The notes below the pieces were generated by a model. It ran no database searches, was not told the DNA's origin, and saw nothing but the letters and a program-made list of their open reading frames with translations. The translations under genes were made by a program, and so were the position numbers. From positions 1-57,109 of the forward strand of contig MHEU01000067.1 in the NCBI GenBank assembly GCA_001805245.1: 57,109 nucleotides of DNA, in the 5' to 3' direction. Positions 42,086-52,539 of this stretch are shown here, piece after piece. Numbering within the stretch: position 1 is the stretch's first letter; each line of letters opens with the position of its first letter. This stretch comes from Nitrospirae bacterium RIFCSPLOWO2_02_FULL_62_14 (lineage in GTDB: Bacteria > Nitrospirota > Nitrospiria > Nitrospirales > Nitrospiraceae).

Positions 42086-43561
42086 TCAAGCCGACGCCTT
42101 CGCCCGCTCGATCCCCTTTTTCAGACGAATCAGCGTGCGCTCGCGGCCCAGCAGTTCCATCACTTCGAACAGGCCCGGGCTGGCAGTCCGTCCTGTCAGC
42201 GCGACGCGGACCGGCTGGGCAAGCTGGCCCATCTTCATGCCCTGTTCTTCCACGACTTGTTTAAAGATCGTTTCCCATTGCTCCTTGTGAAACGCCGGCT
42301 CCGCCTCAAATCGCGCGACTACCTTGGCCAGCGCCGGCGCCATGGCAGGCGTGAGGAATTTTTTCGCCGACGCCTCGTCCATGGCCACATCCTGCCCGAA
42401 GTACGGCGTCACCCAGGTGACCATCTCCACGAGCGTTTTGGTCCGCTCCCGCACCATGACGACCAGTTTGGCCAGCCAATCCGGCGAAACGGCGCTCACC
42501 TCTTGCTTCAACCCGGCCTGTTCCAGAAAGGGAATGAGCAGCCGGGCCACGTGACCGGGCTCACCCTGCTTGATGTACTGCTCGTTGACCCAGAGCATTT
42601 TTTCCTGGTTGAAGACCGCCGAAGACGATTGCACATGCTTGAAGTCGAACTTTTCGATCAGTTCCTGTCGCGTGAACAGTTCCTGGTCGCCGTGCGACCA
42701 GCCGAGCCGCACCAGATAATTGACCACGGCCTCCGGCAGATAGCCCATGTCGCGATAGGCCAGCACGGAGGTGGCCCCGTGCCGCTTGGACAATCGTGCC
42801 TTGTCGGAGCCGAGAATCATCGGGAGGTGCCCGAACTTCGGCACGGTAAAGCCTAGGGCCTGAAACATGGGAACCTGCCGCGGCGTGTTGGTCAGATGGT
42901 CGTCGCCCCGGATGACGTGCGTGATGCCCATGAGCGCGTCGTCCACGACGACGGAAAAATTGTAGGTCGGATAGCCGTTGGAGCGGAGAATGATCAGGTC
43001 GTCCAGCACTGCATTGTCGAAGACGACCCGGCCCTTGACCAGATCGTCAATGACGGTCTCGCCTTCCTGCGGCGCCTTGAATCGTAGCGCCGCCTCGCCG
43101 GTGGGTTTGGTAATACCCTTGGCGCGGCAGCGGCCGTCGTACTTCTGCGTGAGTCCTTTGGCAAGCGCCTCTTTCCGGCGGGTTTCCAGCTCGTCCGGCG
43201 TGCATACGCACCAATAGGCCTTGCCCTGCTCGAACAGTTTCATCGCATGTTCACGGTACAGATCCATGCGCCCGGTCTGGCGGAAGGGCCCTTCGTCCCA
43301 GTCCAGCCCGACCCATTTCATGCCGTCGAGAATGGCCTGGATGGCTTCGTCGGTGAACCGCTCCTGGTCCGTGTCCTCGATGCGGAGAATGAAGGTGCCC
43401 TGGTGGCGCCGCGCGAAGAGCCAGTTGAAGAGAGCCGTGCGCACGCCGCCGATGTGAAGATAGCCGGTCGGGCTCGGAGCGAAGCGCACGCGGACCTTGC
43501 CCGATGGCTCGCCTTTGCCCGCGCCACGCCCTGATTCTACGGCATCAGAATCACGAAACAT
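42086..43561 (-). CDS. gltX: glutamyl-tRNA synthetase
   Basis: RFAPSPTGYLHIGGVRTALFNW and RLSKRHG motifs. Confidence 0.92.
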   Translation of the reverse strand: MFRDSDAVESGRGAGKGEPSGKVRVRFAPSPTGYLHIGGVRTALFNWLFARRHQGTFILRIEDTDQERFTDEAIQAILDGMKWVGLDWDEGPFRQTGRMDLYREHAMKLFEQGKAYWCVCTPDELETRRKEALAKGLTQKYDGRCRAKGITKPTGEAALRFKAPQEGETVIDDLVKGRVVFDNAVLDDLIILRSNGYPTYNFSVVVDDALMGITHVIRGDDHLTNTPRQVPMFQALGFTVPKFGHLPMILGSDKARLSKRHGATSVLAYRDMGYLPEAVVNYLVRLGWSHGDQELFTRQELIEKFDFKHVQSSSAVFNQEKMLWVNEQYIKQGEPGHVARLLIPFLEQAGLKQEVSAVSPDWLAKLVVMVRERTKTLVEMVTWVTPYFGQDVAMDEASAKKFLTPAMAPALAKVVARFEAEPAFHKEQWETIFKQVVEEQGMKMGQLAQPVRVALTGRTASPGLFEVMELLGRERTLIRLKKGIERAKASA

Positions 43562-43631
43562 GGGCGGTATCTATAGCACGGTGATTTGAGGTTGTATAGG
43601 GAAGCGCGGCGCGGAAATCCTGAGCGGTTGG

Positions 43632-44051
43632 TCAGTGGCTTTCCTTAACCAGATTGATGTTCACGGCGGGAATCTCGACGACGATATCCTTGGTCCCGTT
43701 CGGCACGCATTGGCAGCCGAGCCGGGATTGCAGCGTGACGGCCGGCGCTTCTTCGAGCTGATCGAACTCGTCGTCCGTGCCTTCGTTGCAGGTCTCTAAT
43801 CCTTGCTTTACCATCACGTGGCAGGTCGAGCAGGCGCAGACGCCTCCGCAGACATGCTCCAGCTCGATGCCGTTCCCCATCGCTATATCAAGGAGGCTGC
43901 CCGGCAGGCCGGTTTCACCGTAGGGGATTTTGTCCGGGTCAACCTGGACTTTCTTTTCCGTCTTGTCCGGAAAGATGAACGTCACCGTATAGGGCTTGGT
44001 CGGCCGCTCGTAATCCGCTTTCTCAATGTAGGGGTTGGTCCCGCCCATCAT
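43632..44051 (-). CDS. fdx: ISC-type [2Fe-2S] ferredoxin with ~30-aa N-terminal extension
   Basis: CGGVCACSTCH ... LGCQC cysteine pattern. Confidence 0.85.
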   Translation of the reverse strand: MMGGTNPYIEKADYERPTKPYTVTFIFPDKTEKKVQVDPDKIPYGETGLPGSLLDIAMGNGIELEHVCGGVCACSTCHVMVKQGLETCNEGTDDEFDQLEEAPAVTLQSRLGCQCVPNGTKDIVVEIPAVNINLVKESH

Positions 44052-44167
44052 CCGCTCTCAAGTCTTTCTTTTCTACCTCAACGCGATTCAACATAACACA
44101 GCATCTGTCCGTTTTTCATCCCTTATTTAATTCATTAACACATTGTTTTTAAACGTTTAATTACTTG

Positions 44168-44195
44168 TTGACAGTCTCCAGGCCGTGATTATATC
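44168..44195 (+). promoter_or_regulatory. candidate sigma70 promoter of the isc operon
   Basis: TTGACA-N16-TATATC in an AT-rich gap. Confidence 0.4.
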
Positions 44196-44214
44196 ATGTG
44201 TGCGACTTAAACGG

Positions 44215-44237
44215 TCGGAGATTAAAAGAGTCTCCGA
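44215..44237. promoter_or_regulatory. 7-9-7 palindrome, candidate IscR (Rrf2) operator
   Basis: tcggaga ttaaaagag tctccga lies between the putative -10 and the iscR start. ggtcggag recurs at 44245. Confidence 0.35.
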
Positions 44238-44259
44238 TAAATATGGTCGGAGGGATCTT

Positions 44260-44745
44260 ATGTTGAAGTTCTCAAAGAAAGCGGATTACGGCCTGATGGC
44301 GGTGCAGTACATCGCCTCGGTGCAGTTCGGCGATCTGCAGAAGGCCCGCGTGGTCAATACGAAGGAGATCGCGGAGGAGTACCACATCCCGGTCGAACTT
44401 CTGGCGAAGGTGCTCCAGACGCTGGCCAGGCAGGGTATCGTCGAAAGCCAGAACGGCCCCAAGGGCGGATACCTGCTGGCGCGCAACGCCCGCGAGATCA
44501 CGATTGCGCAGGTGCTGGAAGCCATCGAGGGCCCGCTCGGCATCACCGATTGCCAGCAGGAGCAGGAAGATAAAGCGGCCCAGTGCTCCTGCTTCACTCA
44601 TTGCAACATCAGAACGCCTCTCTTGAAGGTGCAAGACAGCATTTATCAATTATTGAACAGCATGACCGTGGCCGACATGATGGGCGGCACGCCGCTGATC
44701 ACCGTGCAATCGCTCTCGACGGCCGGAGAAGGAGTGTCTCGATGA
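44260..44745 (+). CDS. iscR: Rrf2-family Fe-S cluster regulator
   Basis: [15 protein letters not shown] ... [10 protein letters not shown]. Cys cluster C-x12-C-x-C-x3-C. GGAGGGA RBS. Confidence 0.85.
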   Translation: MLKFSKKADYGLMAVQYIASVQFGDLQKARVVNTKEIAEEYHIPVELLAKVLQTLARQGIVESQNGPKGGYLLARNAREITIAQVLEAIEGPLGITDCQQEQEDKAAQCSCFTHCNIRTPLLKVQDSIYQLLNSMTVADMMGGTPLITVQSLSTAGEGVSR

Positions 44746-45959
44746 AACTGCCGATTTTCCTGGATAATCATTCGACCACCCCCATGGACCCGCGGGTCCT
44801 GGAGGCGATGCTGCCCTACTTCGTCGAAAAGTTCGGCAACGCGGCCAGCCGCAACCACGCCTTCGGCTGGGAAGCCGAGGAGGCCGTGGAGAACGCCCGC
44901 AAGCAGATCGCGAAGCTGATCCACGCCGACTCGAAGGAAATCGTCTTTACCAGCGGCGCCACGGAGTCCGACAACCTGGCGCTCAAGGGCGTGATCGAGA
45001 TGTACCACGAGAAGGGCAACCACATCATCACGTCCACGACGGAGCACCGCGCCGTGCTGGACACCGCCAAATCACTGGAAACCAAGGGCAAGGCCACGGT
45101 CACCTATCTGTCCGTGGATAAATACGGCATGGTGAACCCGGAGGACGTGCGGAAGGCGATCACGGACAAGACCGTGCTGATTTCGATCATGCTGGCCAAC
45201 AACGAGATCGGGACGATCAACCCGGTCAAGGAGATCGGCAAGATCGCCAAGGAGAAGGGTATTCTCTTCCACTGCGATGCCACACAAGGCGTCGGCAAGA
45301 TTCCGGTGAATGTCCAGGAGATGGGCATCGACCTCATGTCGTTCAGCGCCCATAAGATTTACGGGCCCAAGGGCATCGGCGTGCTGTACGTGCGCAAGAA
45401 AGCCCCACGCGTCCGGATCGCCGCGCAGATGGATGGCGGCGGCCACGAGCGCGGGATGCGCTCCGGCACCCTGGCGGTGCCGCTGATCGTGGGCTTCGGC
45501 AGGGCCTGCGAGATTTGCGAGCAGGAAATGGACGCCGAAGGGCGGAAGCTGGCGGCCATGCGGGACCGGCTGCAGGCCGGTATCATGAAGGCACTGGAGG
45601 AAACCTACCTCAACGGACACCCGACCCAGCGGCTGCCGCACAATCTGAATATCTCCTTCGCCTATGTCGAGGGCGAGTCGCTGCTGATGGGGCTGAAGGA
45701 AATCGCCCTGTCCTCCGGCTCGGCCTGCACCTCGGCCACGCTGGAGCCGTCCTACGTGCTGCGGGCGCTGGGCGTCGGATCGGACCTGGCCCACTCGTCC
45801 ATCCGGTTCGGCCTGGGGCGGTTCAATACGGACGAGCAGGTGGACTATACGATCAAGCGCATGATCGAAATCGTGACCAGGCTGCGGGAAATGTCTCCCC
45901 TGTACGAGATGGCAAAGGAAGGCGTTGATCTGAAATCAGTACAATGGGCGGCACACTAA
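44742..45959 (+). CDS. iscS: cysteine desulfurase
   Basis: [10 protein letters not shown] (PLP Lys) and SSGSACTS (catalytic Cys). ATGA overlap with iscR. Confidence 0.95.
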   Translation: MKLPIFLDNHSTTPMDPRVLEAMLPYFVEKFGNAASRNHAFGWEAEEAVENARKQIAKLIHADSKEIVFTSGATESDNLALKGVIEMYHEKGNHIITSTTEHRAVLDTAKSLETKGKATVTYLSVDKYGMVNPEDVRKAITDKTVLISIMLANNEIGTINPVKEIGKIAKEKGILFHCDATQGVGKIPVNVQEMGIDLMSFSAHKIYGPKGIGVLYVRKKAPRVRIAAQMDGGGHERGMRSGTLAVPLIVGFGRACEICEQEMDAEGRKLAAMRDRLQAGIMKALEETYLNGHPTQRLPHNLNISFAYVEGESLLMGLKEIALSSGSACTSATLEPSYVLRALGVGSDLAHSSIRFGLGRFNTDEQVDYTIKRMIEIVTRLREMSPLYEMAKEGVDLKSVQWAAH

Positions 45960-46046
45960 AGACGTGCCCGCCTTTGGGCGAGGTCTCGCCGCCTGCGGCG
46001 GCGGAAAGCGTGACGCGTGACAAGGAATTGAAAGGGAGGAAGCACC

Positions 46047-46436
46047 ATGGCCTACAGTGAAAAAGTCGTTGATCATTACAACAACCCCCGGAACGTGGGG
46101 AGTTTCAAGAAGGATGAGAAGGGCGTCGGCACCGGCATGGTCGGGGCGCCGGAGTGCGGCGACGTGATGAAGCTGCAGATCAAGGTCGAGGGCGAACGGA
46201 TCGTGGATGCCAAGTTCAAGACCTTCGGTTGCGGCTCCGCGATCGCCAGCTCGAGCCTGGCGACCGAATGGCTCAAGGGCAAGACGATCGACGAAGCCCA
46301 GACCATCAAAAACACCGACATCGTGCAGGAACTGAACCTGCCGCCGGTCAAGATCCACTGCTCGGTGCTGGCCGAGGATGCGATCAAGGCGGCCCTGGCC
46401 GACTACAAGAAGAAGGCCGAAACGGAAACCAAGTAA
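46047..46436 (+). CDS. iscU: Fe-S cluster scaffold
   Basis: GAPECGDVM, FGCGSAIASSS and KIHCSVLAED motifs. Confidence 0.95.
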   Translation: MAYSEKVVDHYNNPRNVGSFKKDEKGVGTGMVGAPECGDVMKLQIKVEGERIVDAKFKTFGCGSAIASSSLATEWLKGKTIDEAQTIKNTDIVQELNLPPVKIHCSVLAEDAIKAALADYKKKAETETK

Positions 46437-46447
46437 GGAGTCCCGCA

Positions 46448-46804
46448 ATGGAGACACCCAACACGACAACCCCGACACCGGCCATCACGCTGACCGACGC
46501 CGCGCTGAAAGAAGTCAAACGCCTGATCAACGTGCAGGGCCTCACTGAGGGCGGCCTGCGCGTGGGCGTCAAGGGCGGCGGCTGCTCGGGGCTGAGCTAT
46601 ACGATCAACTTCGACGAAAAGATCGGCCCCTACGACACCGTGCACGAATTCGACGGGGTGAAGGTGATCGTGGACGCCAAGAGCGCCATCTATCTGCAGG
46701 GCACTCAACTGGACTTCCAGAAGGATCTGATGAGCGGCTCGTTCAAGTTCGTCAACCCGAACGCAGAAAAGACCTGCGGCTGCGGGGAGTCATTTTCCGC
46801 ATAA
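46448..46804 (+). CDS. iscA: A-type Fe-S carrier
   Basis: GGGCSG ... CGCGESF. Confidence 0.9.
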   Translation: METPNTTTPTPAITLTDAALKEVKRLINVQGLTEGGLRVGVKGGGCSGLSYTINFDEKIGPYDTVHEFDGVKVIVDAKSAIYLQGTQLDFQKDLMSGSFKFVNPNAEKTCGCGESFSA

Positions 46805-46879
46805 ACCTGACAGTCGATTGCTGATGGCGGGCATGGCGGCTGACGAGACAGTTGCCATGCCCGTTGCACGAGCAACACT

Positions 46880-47620
46880 ATGGACCAGACGCAAAACACA
46901 TCGAATAAGCGCACCGAACTCCAGATGGCCCGGAGCATGTGCTGGCACTGCCAGTCCGAGGTCACGGGCGAGTACTACTGCGGCCAGTGCGTCAAGGTGC
47001 AGCCCCTCTCGAAGGAGATGGACTATTTCACCTGCCTGGGGCTGCCACGGCTGCTCGCCATCGATACCGCTGCGTTGGAAGCCAAGTACTACGAACTGAG
47101 CCGGACGTTCCACCCGGATTTCTTCCAGAGCAAGACGGAACCGGAACAGCAGATCAGCCTCGGGAACTCCGCCCTCCTCAACACGGCCTATCACATGCTG
47201 AAAGATCCGGTCCAGCGGGCGGAATATCTCCTGAAGCTGGAGGCGGGCTCGGCCAAGGACATCCGCAACTCCCCTCCGGCAGATCTGTTCGAGGAAATTC
47301 TCGAGTTGCAGGAGGATCTGGAGGCCTTCCGGTCCGCGTCCGGCGATGCGAAGGAGACCGATCAGTACCGGTCCAAACTGCTCGTGGACCGTGCACAACT
47401 GGAACAGCGCCGGCAGGACATGGATACGAAGCTCGCCGGCCTGTTTACCAAGTGGGATACGATCCAGAACCGCGCCCCGCAACCGGACGCCCTGCGCCCG
47501 CAGAAAGACGACGTCCTGAAAGAGATGCGGGAGCTGCTCTCCAACCGGACCTACCTCCGCAACATCCTGAACGACGTCGTTGCAGCCATGGAAGGCGGCC
47601 ATGCGGATCGTCGGCATTGA
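46880..47620 (+). CDS. hscB: J-type co-chaperone HscB with N-terminal CxxC...CxxC module
   Basis: CWHC ... CGQC, then a J domain with the HPD motif (TFHPDFF). Start is 46880 or 46925. Confidence 0.8.
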   Translation: MDQTQNTSNKRTELQMARSMCWHCQSEVTGEYYCGQCVKVQPLSKEMDYFTCLGLPRLLAIDTAALEAKYYELSRTFHPDFFQSKTEPEQQISLGNSALLNTAYHMLKDPVQRAEYLLKLEAGSAKDIRNSPPADLFEEILELQEDLEAFRSASGDAKETDQYRSKLLVDRAQLEQRRQDMDTKLAGLFTKWDTIQNRAPQPDALRPQKDDVLKEMRELLSNRTYLRNILNDVVAAMEGGHADRRH

Positions 47621-49418
47621 TCTCGGGACGACCAATTCGCTGATCGCCTACATGGACGGCCAGACCCCCCGCGTCATCGCGGGACGGGGCGACCGGGCCA
47701 TGGTGCCGTCCGTCGTGGCCATGACCGACAACGGCCTGATCGTCGGCGATCCCGCCAAGGAACACCTCGTCCGCAACCCGGCGCGCACGGTCTATTCGGT
47801 GAAACGCTTCATGGGGAAGGGGCTGGCCGACGTCGCCGACGAATTGAAATATTTCCCCTACACCCTGTCCGAGCAGGGCGGCGTGATCCGCCTCAAGATC
47901 GGCGAGAAAAGCTTCTCGCCCCCGCAGATTTCGGCCATGATCCTCAAGGAACTCAAGCAGCGCGCCGAGGCGTTTCTCCACGAAGAGATCACCAAGGCGG
48001 TGATCACGGTCCCGGCCTATTTCAACGACAGCCAGCGGCAGGCGACCAAGGACGCCGGCATGATCGCCGGGCTGGACGTGGTCCGCATCATCAACGAGCC
48101 GACCGCCGCGTCGCTGGCCTACGGACTCCAGCAGCGCACGCAGGGGACCATCGCTGTCTACGACCTGGGCGGCGGGACCTTCGATATCTCGATTCTCAAG
48201 TTGAAGGACGGCATCTTCGAGGTCCTCTCCACCAACGGCAACACGCATCTGGGAGGGGACGACTTCGATCATGTCGTGGCCGAAGTGATCCTGAAGGACA
48301 TCCGCGCGACACACAGTCTCACCCTGGAGAAGTACGACGACGCGATGCAGACGGTGCGGCTGGAAGCCGAACGGACGAAGATACGCCTGTCGGACGAACA
48401 GACCGCCACGGCGGTGATCGAGTTGCCGGATGGGAAGGGCACCTACCGGAAGGTCTTCACGCGCGATCAGCTCGAGGCCATCACGGGAGACCTGATCGAA
48501 CGGACGCTGGCCCCCTGCCGCCGGGCGCTGAAAGACGCCGGCTTGCAGACATCGGACATCGACGAAATCGTGCTGGTGGGCGGCTCCACGCGCATGCCGC
48601 TCGTGCGGCAACGCGTCCAGGAACTCTTCGACAGGGCGCCGCACAGCGAGCTGAATCCGGACGAAGTGGTCGCCTTGGGCGCCGCGGTGCAGGCCGGCAT
48701 TCTCAGCGGCGACACGCAGGGCATGCTGCTGCTGGACGTCACCCCGCTCTCGCTGGGCATCGAAACGATGGGCGGCGTGATGAGCACGCTCATCCGGCGC
48801 AATACGACGATCCCCTCCAGCGCGAAGGAAATGTTCACCACCTACGTGGACGGCCAGACCGGCGTGGACATCCACATTCTCCAGGGTGAACGCGAATTGG
48901 CGAAGGACAGCCGGAGCCTCGCCCGCTTTCGTCTCAAGATGCCGCCGCTGCCCGCCGGCGTGCCGCGCATCGAAGTGACGTTCCTGATCGACGCCAACGG
49001 TATTTTGAACGTCACGGCCAGGGACATGCGGAGCGGGCAGAGCCAGTCCATCGAAGTGAAGCCGTCCTACGGACTGTCGGATGAGGAAGTCGAACAGATG
49101 ATCGGCGACTCGTTCAAATTCGCCGCGGAGGACATCACCGCCCGCAAGTTGATCGAAGCGCGGCTGGACGCCGGCGCGCTGATCGCCGCGACGGAAAAAT
49201 CCCTTGGCCAGGGAGGCCATTTGATTGCGACAGACGAAATCGCCGCTATTCGGGCTGCGCTGGCCGCGCTCGCGGCCGCCAGGGACGGTGCCGATCCCCG
49301 CGCCATCCGCGCCCGCATGGCCGACATCGAACAGGCGGCGCACCACCTGACGGCGACACTGATGGACGATTCGCTCAAACAGGCGCTGCAGAATAAGAAA
49401 CTGTCCGAGCTGCCGTAG
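47601..49418 (+). CDS. hscA: Hsp70-type chaperone HscA
   Basis: [16 protein letters not shown] at 47601 with a GGAAGG RBS. 20-nt overlap with hscB. Confidence 0.92.
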   Translation: MRIVGIDLGTTNSLIAYMDGQTPRVIAGRGDRAMVPSVVAMTDNGLIVGDPAKEHLVRNPARTVYSVKRFMGKGLADVADELKYFPYTLSEQGGVIRLKIGEKSFSPPQISAMILKELKQRAEAFLHEEITKAVITVPAYFNDSQRQATKDAGMIAGLDVVRIINEPTAASLAYGLQQRTQGTIAVYDLGGGTFDISILKLKDGIFEVLSTNGNTHLGGDDFDHVVAEVILKDIRATHSLTLEKYDDAMQTVRLEAERTKIRLSDEQTATAVIELPDGKGTYRKVFTRDQLEAITGDLIERTLAPCRRALKDAGLQTSDIDEIVLVGGSTRMPLVRQRVQELFDRAPHSELNPDEVVALGAAVQAGILSGDTQGMLLLDVTPLSLGIETMGGVMSTLIRRNTTIPSSAKEMFTTYVDGQTGVDIHILQGERELAKDSRSLARFRLKMPPLPAGVPRIEVTFLIDANGILNVTARDMRSGQSQSIEVKPSYGLSDEEVEQMIGDSFKFAAEDITARKLIEARLDAGALIAATEKSLGQGGHLIATDEIAAIRAALAALAAARDGADPRAIRARMADIEQAAHHLTATLMDDSLKQALQNKKLSELP

Positions 49419-49427
49419 CAGCTCGGA
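49404..49427 (+). other. perfect 10-bp-stem hairpin enclosing the hscA stop codon
   Basis: tccgagctgc cgta gcagctcgga. Confidence 0.5.
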
Positions 49428-49560
49428 GCATATAGCTTATGGCTAATGGCGGAAAACCAAGAGCTAATGGCATATGGCCAATGGCCAGAGAATCCCGACC
49501 ATCAGCTATAAGCCATACGCTCTTCGCACTGAGCTATACGCCATATGCCATAAGCTCTTA
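49428..49560. repeat. family-C heptamer dyad (ATGGC-type words)
   Basis: cttatggc taatggc ... taatggc atatggc caatggc | tataagc catacgc ... tatacgc catatgc cataagc. Confidence 0.8.
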
Positions 49561-49571
49561 AGGAGTTAAGA

Positions 49572-49784
49572 ATGGATCTGTACTGGAAGGACACTGAAGA
49601 GATCGCCATTCGCCTCGTCGAAGCCCACCCCGACACCGATCCGTTGACCGTGCGGTTCACCGACATGCACGGATGGATCACGGCCCTGCCGGAATTCCGG
49701 GACGATCCCAAGAAATCCAACGAGAAAATCCTCGAATCCATCCAGATGGCCTGGCACGAGGAGTATCAGAACGCGAAAGGCTAG
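49572..49784 (+). CDS. iscX: Fe-S assembly protein IscX
   Basis: TVRFTDMHGWI ... DDPKKSNEKILESI closely parallels E. coli IscX/YfhJ. Confidence 0.85.
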   Translation: MDLYWKDTEEIAIRLVEAHPDTDPLTVRFTDMHGWITALPEFRDDPKKSNEKILESIQMAWHEEYQNAKG

Positions 49785-52318
49785 CGCGATGGCGGCGGGG
49801 CGAATGGCGGAGCAGTCGGAGGACGTGCCGGTCCGGGCGCTGACGCCGTAGATCCCGGTGCCGATGCAGCCGGTCCCGGCACGGGGCTCCCCGGAACGGA
49901 TGCAGGCGCCGGTCCCGCAGTGACGGGAACAGGCGGCGGCGCGGCCAAGGCCTCGGGAATCTGATCCAGCCGGTAGAACTCCCCCGGGTCCACGACCTCC
50001 GGGGCCGTCTCGGTCGGCTCCGTCCCCTTGCTGAATACTTCCACGATCCCCTGATCGCCCTGCTCGGGCGCCAGCAGACCGCTGCGCGGATCCACCCGGG
50101 CATAACGGATGTCCTCGGGAATTTCAAATGGCGTGGCCGGCACCAGCGGCAGCGCGGCCTGCATGAATTCCAGCCACACCGGCAGCGCCGCGTGCGCACC
50201 CGACTCCGTCTCGCCCAGCGTCCGGATATCGTCGAAGCCGATCCACACGGCCGTGGCCAGGGTGGGGGTGTAGCCGATGAACCAGGCGTCCGTGAAATCG
50301 TTCGTGGTCCCGGTCTTCCCCGCCACGGACCGCTCAATCGTCCTCGCCAGTTGGCCGGTCCCCTTCTGAATCACGTCCTCCAGCACGTTGGTGATCAGGT
50401 ACGCCGTTTCCTTCGTGATCACCTGCTGCGGCTCGAAAAGAATCTGTTCCAGCGGCTGCCCGGCCGCATCCTGCACCGTGGACACCGCATAGGGCTGGAG
50501 GCGATAGCCCTGGTTGGCAAACACCGCATAGGCGGAGGCCATCTCGAGCGGCGTGATGCCGGAGGACCCCAGGGCCAGCGAGAGGTCCTGGTTGATCGGG
50601 CTGGTGATGCCCAGTGTTTTGGCGAACTCGACCACCGGCTTGATGCCGATCCTTTCCAGCAGCTTGACCGTGGCCACATTATGGGAATGGATCAGGGCTT
50701 CCCGCAGGCTGACCGGTCCGTGAAACCGCCTGCCGTAATTCTCCGGCTTCCAGGTCTTTTCCGGATCCTCCTCGTTTTCGTAGATGACGGGCGCATCCAT
50801 CACCACGGTCGCGGGGCTCAAGCCCTCGTTGAACGCCGTGGCGTAAATGATCGGCTTGAACGCCGAGCCGGGCTGCCGGCGCGCGGTCATCACGCGGTTG
50901 TATTCGCTGCGCGCGAAGTCGTAGCCCCCGACCATCGCCCTGATCGATCCGTTGCGGGGATCGATCGCCACCAGCCCGCCCTCGACGATCGGCGTCTGCT
51001 CGAGCTGGAAGTAGGTCGTGTTCTTTTCAACCTTCTTCAGGCTGACCTCGATGATATCGCCCGGCTTGAGGAGATTCTTGACGGTGGGCAGCGTCACGGC
51101 ATCCTTCACCGGATCCTTGCCCTTGAGCCGGCGCTTGGCCCAGGCCATGTCGTCGAACGTCATCTTTCCCAGGACGGAGCCGGCCTGCACCTGGACGACA
51201 TCTCGACCGATTTTCACGACCACGCCCTGCACAATCTCGTCGGGTAGCAGCGGCTTATCCTGCGGCGCCGGCGTGCCGGGCACGGGCAGCGCCGTGATAT
51301 CCTGCGTGCCGATCGGTCCGCGCCAGCCCTGCCGCTTGTCCAGTTCGCGCAGGCCCCGGTTGAGCGCCTGCTCCGCCGCCTTCTGCATCTCGGCATTCAG
51401 CGTCGTGAAGATTTCCAACCCGCCCTTATAGACCATTGTTTCGCCGTATTTGCCGACCAGGTGCTGCCGGACATGCTCGATGAAGTAGGGTGCGACCTGT
51501 TCGGCCCCCGGACGGCGCAATACGAGCGGTTTCGTCAGCGCATCCAGGCGCTGCTCCACCGTGATGAAGGTCGCTTCTTCCATGCGGAGCAGAACGTGCT
51601 CCTGGCGCTTTTTCGACCGCTCCAGATTTTTATACGGTGAATAATTATTGGGCGATTTAGGCAGGCCGGCCAACATGGCCGCTTCGCCCAGCGTCAGTTC
51701 CGACAGGCTTTTCCCGAAATAGGTCTGGGCCGCCGAGACCACGCCATACGCTCCCTGGCCGAAATAAATCTGGTTGAGATACAACTCCAGAATCTCTTCC
51801 TTGCTCAGGATCAGCTCCATCTTGTAGGCCAGAATCAGCTCGCGGATTTTCCGGCCGTAGGTCCGCTCGGCCGATAAAAACAGCGAACGGGCGAGCTGCT
51901 GGGTGATCGTGCTGGCGCCTTCGACCTTGCCGCCCCGGCGCAGATTGGTCCAGACCGCACGCGCGATGCCGATGAGGTCAAGACCCGGATGCTCGAAAAA
52001 GCGCGCATCCTCGACGGCGATCACCGCCTGGATGAGCACTTGCGGCACATCCGCCAACTGAGCCTTGAGCCGCCGCTCGACATAGAACTGCCCGACGACC
52101 TGGCGGTCGTCCGAGTACACGCGGCTGACCTGGCTGGGCTGGTACTGGGAAAGCGATTCGAGAGACGGCAGGTCCTGCGACGCCCACCAGAAGACGAGCA
52201 CGACGGCGGCGGCGCCGAGCACGGCCAGCAACCCGGCGAGCGCAAACAGCGTGCGCCACCTGGACCAGTGATTCGGGCCCGGTGGATTCGGTTCCGGCAA
52301 ATGATCATTCAACGGCAT
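49781..52318 (-). CDS. mrcA: class A penicillin-binding protein (PBP1A-type) with Pro/Ala-rich C-terminal tail
   Basis: EDARFFEHPG (glycosyltransferase), GSAFKP, SHN and KTGTT (transpeptidase). Start 52318 preferred over 52399. Confidence 0.9.
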   Translation of the reverse strand: MPLNDHLPEPNPPGPNHWSRWRTLFALAGLLAVLGAAAVVLVFWWASQDLPSLESLSQYQPSQVSRVYSDDRQVVGQFYVERRLKAQLADVPQVLIQAVIAVEDARFFEHPGLDLIGIARAVWTNLRRGGKVEGASTITQQLARSLFLSAERTYGRKIRELILAYKMELILSKEEILELYLNQIYFGQGAYGVVSAAQTYFGKSLSELTLGEAAMLAGLPKSPNNYSPYKNLERSKKRQEHVLLRMEEATFITVEQRLDALTKPLVLRRPGAEQVAPYFIEHVRQHLVGKYGETMVYKGGLEIFTTLNAEMQKAAEQALNRGLRELDKRQGWRGPIGTQDITALPVPGTPAPQDKPLLPDEIVQGVVVKIGRDVVQVQAGSVLGKMTFDDMAWAKRRLKGKDPVKDAVTLPTVKNLLKPGDIIEVSLKKVEKNTTYFQLEQTPIVEGGLVAIDPRNGSIRAMVGGYDFARSEYNRVMTARRQPGSAFKPIIYATAFNEGLSPATVVMDAPVIYENEEDPEKTWKPENYGRRFHGPVSLREALIHSHNVATVKLLERIGIKPVVEFAKTLGITSPINQDLSLALGSSGITPLEMASAYAVFANQGYRLQPYAVSTVQDAAGQPLEQILFEPQQVITKETAYLITNVLEDVIQKGTGQLARTIERSVAGKTGTTNDFTDAWFIGYTPTLATAVWIGFDDIRTLGETESGAHAALPVWLEFMQAALPLVPATPFEIPEDIRYARVDPRSGLLAPEQGDQGIVEVFSKGTEPTETAPEVVDPGEFYRLDQIPEALAAPPPVPVTAGPAPASVPGSPVPGPAASAPGSTASAPGPARPPTAPPFAPPPSR

Positions 52319-52476
52319 GGACGATCTGGTTCCTCGCAAAACTAAACGAGGTGAATTATAGCAGGTAAGGGCGCCTTTCGCGCGTCCCTTCACGCTCAAG
52401 CCGGACCCGGATTTGGCGCGGTGACAGACTCCATGTGGCTTGTCTTTTCGACATCCCCTCCGCTATACTGCATTAC

Positions 52477-52506
52477 GACGCCGGATTTTCGCGGCGTCTT
52501 TTTTTT
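52477..52506 (+). terminator. intrinsic terminator-type hairpin + T8 inside the typA leader
   Basis: Stem gacgccg/cggcgtc with an 8-nt loop, followed by eight T. A TATACT box lies 8 nt upstream of the hairpin. Confidence 0.6.
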
Positions 52507-52539
52507 GGCCAGATCGACGACGCCGTCACGGAAGGTTGT

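Noticed and set aside
49781-49784. iscX and mrcA stop codons share the palindrome CTAG (4-nt convergent overlap); similar GTGA/ATGA overlaps occur at maf/dus and iscR/iscS.
   Set aside because: These are real but ordinary consequences of compact gene packing, with no evidence of special function.
52435-52539. Extended typA start at 52435 from the ORF track.
   Set aside because: It would translate through a strong hairpin plus T8 terminator. It adds 35 residues with no similarity to TypA N-termini. ATG 52540 has a purine-rich RBS.
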